64,000 bases of DNA from a virus. Taxonomy: Duplodnaviria > Caudoviricetes. The DNA is taken from IMG/VR virus record IMGVR_UViG_3300011337_000444, positions 6,383-70,382 of that record. The stretch is one strand, 5' to 3'. Position 1 is the stretch's first letter; the number at the start of each line of letters is the position of its first letter. The notes beneath the pieces were generated by a model, which was not told the DNA's origin, made no database searches, and saw only the letters and a program-made list of their open reading frames with translations. The translations under genes were made by a program, and so were the position numbers. Shown one piece after another: positions 59,069 through 64,000 of the stretch.

Positions 59069-59251
59069 ATGATAACTGAAAACCAATTATTCAATCCAAA
59101 ATTAGTATCTATCCAAAAGGATTATATTAAAGTTGTAAACTGTATTGTATCCTGTAAAACACTAGATCAACAAATCAACGCAGAAAAAATGAAGGAATTT
59201 TTTAAGCGTAAACATATTACTAATCCGTTTTATTCAAAATTTCAATTTTAA
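59069..59251 (+). CDS. Hypothetical early protein
   Basis: 60 aa, coupled to the previous ORF. Confidence 0.55.
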   Translation: MITENQLFNPKLVSIQKDYIKVVNCIVSCKTLDQQINAEKMKEFFKRKHITNPFYSKFQF

Positions 59252-59254
59252 GCT

Positions 59255-59428
59255 ATGATAATATATGCGAGCTTGGTAAATATACCACTAGATGAACTAA
59301 AGCGAAAATACACGCCTTTAAATGCCGAATTAACAATAAAGGAAGTGCAGGAACTTGCACAATTAGTAAAAATCAAAACAAACAAACTATGGGAACTAAT
59401 CGAATCAAAAACAATATTGTTTCAGTAA
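59255..59428 (+). CDS. Small early protein (not in the ORF track)
   Basis: MIIYASLVNIPL...KTILFQ, 57 aa. Confidence 0.45.
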   Translation: MIIYASLVNIPLDELKRKYTPLNAELTIKEVQELAQLVKIKTNKLWELIESKTILFQ

Positions 59429-59505
59429 TAGAAACTGTTTACTTATATGCAATACTAGTTATTGTGTGGGTAAATTGTGTATCAATCTTTAAGAAAAAAT
59501 AAGCT

Positions 59506-59796
59506 ATGGAAAATTATCAGGAATACAAAAAGATAAAAGGCGAAATTGATGCAGTACTGGATACTTTGCATGATCGACTTAATTCATTCCCTAAATCTAG
59601 TTTAGGTGGTGTAACAGATGAAGTTAGAAAAACGCCTGAATATATAGAAACTAAAAGGCAATGGAATAAATACTGGTCCTTGTTAAGATCCATTAATCAA
59701 ATTGGCGTGAAAAAGTTTAAAAAGGAAATCCAAAAGGAATACCAAGATAAAATAAATGCTGCCAATAAAAAACACAAAGAAAATTTAATAAAATAA
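59506..59796 (+). CDS. Hypothetical early protein
   Basis: LNSFPKSSLGGVTDEVRKTPEY pattern. Confidence 0.7.
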   Translation: MENYQEYKKIKGEIDAVLDTLHDRLNSFPKSSLGGVTDEVRKTPEYIETKRQWNKYWSLLRSINQIGVKKFKKEIQKEYQDKINAANKKHKENLIK

Positions 59797-59797
59797 C

Positions 59798-60010
59798 ATG
59801 GCTACACAATTAGACTACGTGGTGGAACTAGAAAAGCAAACAAAAATACTAAGTAGGCTAAGGATTGAAAAGGAACAATACATTAACGCCCCTAAATACG
59901 TTCGTAATTCAAATGAATATATCCTGTTCATGCTAGAATACCAACGAACATTTTTTAAGGTGGCACAGATAAAAAAAATACTTAAAAATAAATATGGGTA
60001 TGAAGAGTAA
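59798..60010 (+). CDS. Hypothetical early protein
   Basis: 70 aa, coupled to the previous ORF. Confidence 0.6.
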   Translation: MATQLDYVVELEKQTKILSRLRIEKEQYINAPKYVRNSNEYILFMLEYQRTFFKVAQIKKILKNKYGYEE

Positions 60011-60104
60011 AATTGTGCATCAACCTTACACAAATTTTATCAACATAGTATATATTTACTAGATTTATTGTATATATTTACACACAATTTTAAACTTTAA
60101 TTTT

Positions 60105-60239
60105 ATGTCAAACACAAAAAATAGAACACTTATCTACCTGGATGAGGAAATGAAGAAAAAAGCTAAACAAAAATCTAAAGAAATTTTAGGAAAAGAAAAC
60201 CTTAGCGCATTAATTACTTACCTTATAAATAAATTGTAA
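60105..60239 (+). CDS. Ribbon-helix-helix DNA-binding protein (not in the ORF track)
   Basis: MSNTKNRTLIYLDEEMKKKAKQKSKEILGKENLSALITYLINKL: strand-helix-turn-helix pattern. Confidence 0.7.
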   Translation: MSNTKNRTLIYLDEEMKKKAKQKSKEILGKENLSALITYLINKL

Positions 60240-60267
60240 TCATTAATAAAAAAAATAACAAAAAAAA

Positions 60268-60579
60268 ATGAAAGTACAAATAAAAATCAACTACGCAGAA
60301 GCAACAAAAGGACAAATTTTTGAAGTAGTAGAAATTCAAGGCAAAAGAGTAACCGTAAATATTAACGGTAGAAATGTAGATTTTGGATTTAGTGAGGTGC
60401 AAATAGTTGCACCCACTAATTCTGACCTTTTTAATTTAGGGCGTGAACTTTTAATGATGGGGTCAAAATCACTGCAAGGGTGGAGAGAAAACGATGTAAC
60501 AAACTTTATATCAGAAATAAATTTACCAATGTCAAAATCAATGATGCGTAAATCAATAAATAATGCAGTATGGGGTTAA
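60268..60579 (+). CDS. Hypothetical protein with an SH3/KOW-like N-terminus
   Basis: KGQIFEVVEIQGKRVTVNINGRNVDFGFSEV. Confidence 0.65.
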   Translation: MKVQIKINYAEATKGQIFEVVEIQGKRVTVNINGRNVDFGFSEVQIVAPTNSDLFNLGRELLMMGSKSLQGWRENDVTNFISEINLPMSKSMMRKSINNAVWG

Positions 60580-60734
60580 TTAAAAAAACAAGGGGAGGCA
60601 CTCGGCAAGGGTTGGGTGCTAAACCTAAATATAATGAAGAAACTAAAACGGTTTCTTTTCGCTGTCCAGTGTCAAAAGTTGAAGAACTGAAAATTATTGT
60701 AAAGTCTAAACTTTCGGAGTGGTCGGTAAAATAG
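60570..60734 (+). CDS. Small DNA-binding protein, GGxRxG basic arm plus RHH-like part (not in the ORF track)
   Basis: MGLIKKTRGGTRQGLGAKPKYNEETKTVSFRCPVSKVEELKIIVKSKLSEWSVK. Confidence 0.7.
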   Translation: MGLIKKTRGGTRQGLGAKPKYNEETKTVSFRCPVSKVEELKIIVKSKLSEWSVK

Positions 60735-60735
60735 C

Positions 60736-60870
60736 AGCTAACATAAAAGTATAAAAGCAGGTGGGGGATTGAACGCCTAACACATTCCGACTTGCACAAA
60801 CGATAATAAACTGGCGAAGTGGTTAAAATTAGCACATAACCCCCACTTGATTTTATACATTGTTGTGTGC
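60736..60870 (+). mobile_element. attC-like hairpin site (135 bp)
   Basis: AGCTAAC ... GTATAAAAGCAGGTGGGGG / CCCCCACTTGATTTTATAC ... GTTGTGTGC. Confidence 0.6.
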
Positions 60871-60879
60871 AGTTATTTT

Positions 60880-61131
60880 ATGAATTGGAGAGATATAAGT
60901 AAGGTTGGACTGCCTTTAGACAACAATAAAAGTTATTTGGTTACGGATGGCAAAGAGTGCTCGACAACCAACATTAATGTTAGAAAAAATTACAACACAG
61001 GCGAATCAACATTTTTACGTTGGACTGGAGATGAAAACACCTACGAAGATAATCAATGTTGTAGTGGGACACCTATGTTTGATTTAGTGCCTACACATTG
61101 GATACCAACGGACGAGATTCCTTTGCCATAA
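60880..61131 (+). CDS. DUF551-like hypothetical protein (cassette-like)
   Basis: MNWRDISKVGLP...PTHWIP; ATG at 60880 follows the core-like site. Confidence 0.65.
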   Translation: MNWRDISKVGLPLDNNKSYLVTDGKECSTTNINVRKNYNTGESTFLRWTGDENTYEDNQCCSGTPMFDLVPTHWIPTDEIPLP

Positions 61132-61239
61132 TTGCGCATTAATTACTTACCTGATTAATAAATTGTAATGGTTTCGGCTTGGCGAAGGCTGGGATTAGAA
61201 GCACAAATTTTTAAAATAAAAAAAATAACAAAAGGAATT

Positions 61240-61428
61240 ATGACAAATCAACAGCAAAAAAACTTATTCGTTGGTGCAAACGAACAGCAATTATTGAAAA
61301 TCAAAAAACAAGATGATATTGAAAAAACATATATGGAATTTGTAAGAGCAAATCCTAATTTGTCAATGGAAGAATATGAAGCTAAATATAAATCATTAAA
61401 CTCGGCTATTATTTTTACAAATTGTTAG
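61240..61428 (+). CDS. Small hypothetical protein reading into an attC-like right arm
   Basis: ATG at 61240; the stop TAG lies inside GTTAGGC. Confidence 0.55.
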   Translation: MTNQQQKNLFVGANEQQLLKIKKQDDIEKTYMEFVRANPNLSMEEYEAKYKSLNSAIIFTNC

Positions 61429-61440
61429 GCAACGTAATTT

Positions 61441-61680
61441 ATGAAACTATACAATGTTGAAGTAGAAGCCAGTTACGAAACATCATACGAGGGCGAAATA
61501 AACACAAGTTATACAAGGTTAGTTTTTGCTGATACTGAAAAAGAAGCTATTGACTTTGTAAATGCAGGATTAAAACACTTAGATAAGGTTTGGCATATAT
61601 ACGAAAAAGCAAAAACGGCATACGAGGTAGATGCTACAAAAGGAGAACGTAAAAGGAAAGCTCAATTTTATGTTGCCTAA
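61441..61680 (+). CDS. Hypothetical protein in a cassette bounded by inverted core sites
   Basis: GTTAGGCAACGT upstream and ATGTTGCCTAAC downstream; the stop TAA lies inside GCCTAAC. Confidence 0.75.
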   Translation: MKLYNVEVEASYETSYEGEINTSYTRLVFADTEKEAIDFVNAGLKHLDKVWHIYEKAKTAYEVDATKGERKRKAQFYVA

Positions 61681-61711
61681 CAGTATATTACCGAAATTCA
61701 AAATATTGCAC
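61675..61711 (+). repeat. Cassette-array end site, copy 3
   Basis: GCCTAAC AGTATATTACCGAAATTCAAAATATTGCAC. Confidence 0.7.
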
Positions 61712-61728
61712 TAAACTATTTAAACGTA

Positions 61729-61754
61729 AAAAGGGAGGTTTTATCCTCCCTTTT
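61729..61754 (+). terminator. Intrinsic terminator
   Basis: AAAAGGGAGG/CCTCCCTTTT. Confidence 0.75.
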
Positions 61755-61987
61755 GGCTTTTAGCAAACAAAAAAAACAACCTCAAAATTATATATGGAAA
61801 ACTTGAGCAATTTAAAGTGGTATTTAAGCGGTGCGCACATCTTAAAGATGTTGCCAGATTCGGCTCTCTGCCACCGCTTATTTACCTTTTTATCCAGCTT
61901 TGCGAACAAGACAATACAAAGTTATTGCTTTTTTCTATATCTGCAAATTATTTACAATAAAGATTTCATTAAAAGCAAATTATTTTT

Positions 61988-61995
61988 TATATTTG
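61988..61995 (+). promoter_or_regulatory. Bacteroidota sigma70 -7 element
   Basis: TATATTTG, 28 nt upstream of 62023. Confidence 0.55.
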
Positions 61996-62022
61996 TAACT
62001 TATAATTAACAGCTTTGCTCTA

Positions 62023-63045
62023 ATGAATAACACTAATCTAAAAATTAAAGCCTTTCCAGAATTAACTAAACAGTTGTTTGAGAACAACTTAGTTAAGGAA
62101 TATCTTTTTTTTGGAGTTTGGAAAAAAGTTCATTCATCAATGTTTAATTATAAATCAGAACTAGGAGTAGCAAAAATGACAGCAATAATGGGTTGCAGTA
62201 CTTCAACTACTCATAGGATGATAAAAAAACTTTTCGCTCTTGGTTGGGTTACAGAAGATAAAAATGGAAAGGATCTTAGATTCGTTTCTAATAAAAAGCT
62301 GTTTGCACAATTTGGACTGAAAGAAAATCAATACGGTAATAACATTCACTATGTAGGTAAAAATACATGGGTTGCAATGTTCTCTACTATCGCTAACCAA
62401 AACTTAGAACAACAGGGATATAAATTTATCCAAAAAATTGATTACATCGGCAAAGATTTAACGAAAATTATTAAAGCAAATAAACCTGCTGGTTTAGATG
62501 TTTTACATAATGAGCGCAATGTAAAAACTTTTGGGAAAAATTCTGATATTACTGTTTCTAGGGCAGGTGTTTCTAAAATGATTAACAAATCTTCTGCTAC
62601 ATCCGGAACCAACGCACTTAAAAAATGTAAGGAAATGGCTTTATTAGTAAAAGATAATGTTCGCATGGTTAAAATATCTGATAGTGGCGATAGAAACTGC
62701 TTAAACGCTTTAGATAGTTCTGCTTTTATTAATGGAAGAGGCGAATTATGGATGCAACTACCTAATGAGGTAGAATTTGCTTCTGTAAGCGACTATAACA
62801 ATAATGTTGGGGTATTAGTATCAAAGGTAAAGAAAAACGCTAATGTGGGTTTTAAATATAACGCTTCCTTTAATGAGAATATGTTAGAATTATTTGCTAA
62901 TATGGATCAAAGAACAAGTGAATATAGTTATTACTCACAAAGAGATTTTAATTTAAATAAATGTAAGAAGGAATTTACTATTATTAATAAGAGTAATCCT
63001 TTATACGATATTTATATCAATAAATCTCTAGCGAATAAAAACTAA
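62023..63045 (+). CDS. Protein with two winged-HTH-like segments (Rep/initiator-like)
   Basis: KMTAIMGCSTSTTHRMIKKLFALGWV and TVSRAGVSKMINKSSATSGTNALKKCKEMALL. Confidence 0.5.
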   Translation: MNNTNLKIKAFPELTKQLFENNLVKEYLFFGVWKKVHSSMFNYKSELGVAKMTAIMGCSTSTTHRMIKKLFALGWVTEDKNGKDLRFVSNKKLFAQFGLKENQYGNNIHYVGKNTWVAMFSTIANQNLEQQGYKFIQKIDYIGKDLTKIIKANKPAGLDVLHNERNVKTFGKNSDITVSRAGVSKMINKSSATSGTNALKKCKEMALLVKDNVRMVKISDSGDRNCLNALDSSAFINGRGELWMQLPNEVEFASVSDYNNNVGVLVSKVKKNANVGFKYNASFNENMLELFANMDQRTSEYSYYSQRDFNLNKCKKEFTIINKSNPLYDIYINKSLANKN

Positions 63046-63223
63046 AGTAAATAGCTTTAGGGAATCGTTAAAGTAGTTACAGTTTCTGACAATAAAACAA
63101 GAAGGTTTGCGAATAGCTTACCTAGATTTTTTTTGTATAAACCCAAGAAAAACAAAAAAAAATGAATAGATAAAATCTATATCATTACACAATTCCGATA
63201 GAAAATAAATATCAAACAAATGT

Positions 63224-63253
63224 TTTGAAAAACGAAAAGAAAAACTATCTTTG
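63224..63253 (+). promoter_or_regulatory. Sigma70 promoter (TTTG, 18-nt spacer, TATCTTTG)
   Basis: 30 nt upstream of 63283. Confidence 0.55.
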
Positions 63254-63282
63254 TCCAAGCAAACAATTAAACTTAATTAAAT

Positions 63283-63696
63283 ATGGAAAATGACAATACG
63301 CTAGTACCATTACAGGATAAAAGGTTTAGGCATTTCTACAAAACGTTTATTACAGATAATAATGATCAGCTTCATACTTGCAAATTAATAGCTAAAGAAT
63401 ATAAAGAAAGCATATTAATCGTAATTCAAAAAGAAAAAAGTATTAAAGGGTTTAACGAAGAGGAATTTGCTGAAAATATAGTAAAAACTATTAGCGCAAT
63501 AAAAAGAATTGATAGATTTAAAGAAGGGCTTTTTGATGCTTATTTTCACTGGATAAATGTTGGATTTGTTTTTGATTGGATTGGCAAAGCTTTTATTCGT
63601 GTGAGAAAAAATGATGGTAAAATAATAGGCTACAAAGTTTTTATTAAAAATAAAACTATTGATTTTTCTAATGAAATTTATACTCTTATTAAATAA
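63283..63696 (+). CDS. Hypothetical protein
   Basis: 137 aa, promoter upstream. Confidence 0.7.
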   Translation: MENDNTLVPLQDKRFRHFYKTFITDNNDQLHTCKLIAKEYKESILIVIQKEKSIKGFNEEEFAENIVKTISAIKRIDRFKEGLFDAYFHWINVGFVFDWIGKAFIRVRKNDGKIIGYKVFIKNKTIDFSNEIYTLIK

Positions 63697-63715
63697 CAAG
63701 AATAAACTTAATTAA

Positions 63716-63934
63716 ATGAAGTTCATACCACTACTATTAATCCCTTTACATTTATCCACTAATCCTGCACCAGAAAGAAAAAAGGATCTTGCACAATTTG
63801 AATACTCGGAACACATAAGGCTAAAATTAAACTCAATCCTAGAAATACCAGAGGGACGCAACTACTGGGAGAAAGAATTTAAGACTGTTAATTACGAAAA
63901 TAAACTTAAACAATACTTACAAAATGGAAATTGA
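63716..63934 (+). CDS. Hypothetical protein
   Basis: 72 aa with a hydrophobic N-terminus. Confidence 0.55.
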   Translation: MKFIPLLLIPLHLSTNPAPERKKDLAQFEYSEHIRLKLNSILEIPEGRNYWEKEFKTVNYENKLKQYLQNGN

Positions 63935-64000
63935 TTTAAAAAAAGTAAGAAAAGAAATTAGGAAGTTAAAAAAGTTAGTAACTCCTGAAGAATTAAACAA
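63924..64000 (+). CDS. Partial CDS running off the window end
   Basis: MEIDLKKVRKEIRKLKKLVTPEELN..., open to the end. Confidence 0.45.
   Translation, partial: MEIDLKKVRKEIRKLKKLVTPEELN

Noticed and set aside
219-60021. AATTGTG as a lac operator half-site or vector contamination
   Set aside because: It is not followed by AGCG in any copy seen; the copies are embedded in native coding sequence throughout
219-60021. The 11-mer as a canonical DnaA box
   Set aside because: It shares only the CACA/TGTG core with TTWTNCACA; the invariant AATT flank and the dispersed distribution do not fit an oriC-type cluster
61794-62009. 71-aa ORF upstream of the wHTH gene
   Set aside because: It overlaps the -7 promoter element of 62023 and has a low-complexity F/L/I-rich composition; it may be spurious
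1-64000. Stop-codon reassignment, as in some crAss-like phages
   Set aside because: Long genes are intact in the standard code, and both TAG and TGA terminate tightly packed genes
1-64000. Prophage with host flanks, or an integrase/IntI gene
   Set aside because: No tyrosine or serine recombinase, no bacterial housekeeping genes and no attL/attR were recognised in the window
1-64000. tRNA or rRNA genes
   Set aside because: No cloverleaf with T-loop and D-loop signatures was seen in the intergenic regions inspected; tRNAscan was not run

Overview
The window is a large piece of an AT-rich (roughly 30% GC, estimated by eye) dsDNA phage genome, very probably a podovirus of a Bacteroidota (Flavobacteria-like) host. 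The host call rests on TAnnTTTG promoter elements 17-50 nt upstream of starts and on AT-rich leaders lacking Shine-Dalgarno motifs. No host genes, integrase, DNA polymerase, RNA polymerase, tRNA or CRISPR array were seen. There are three blocks. (1) 1-12.1 kb, plus strand, replication/recombination: Prim-Pol/DnaB-like fusion, SSB-like protein, C5 methyltransferase, MazG-like protein, HNH, YqaJ exonuclease, Rad52/Sak-like annealase and small ORFs. (2) 12.1-53.7 kb, minus strand: lysis cassette, tail fibres, three cargo/ejection proteins including a 2624-aa giant, muzzle and ring proteins, MCP, scaffold, portal, terminase and a tandem GroES-like protein, in a crAss-like gene order but with no recognisable virion RNA polymerase. 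(3) 54.6-64 kb, plus strand, small early genes. The strand switch at about 54.2 kb has divergent promoters, direct repeats and mirror-image G-rich tracts. The most unusual signals are an 11-bp motif AATTGTGYAWC found 35 times by eye (about 0.3 expected), integron-cassette-like (attC-like) arrays that all end in a shared non-hairpin site, and a stand-alone PAS sensor domain inside the lysis cassette. All family assignments come from motif recognition, not database searches.
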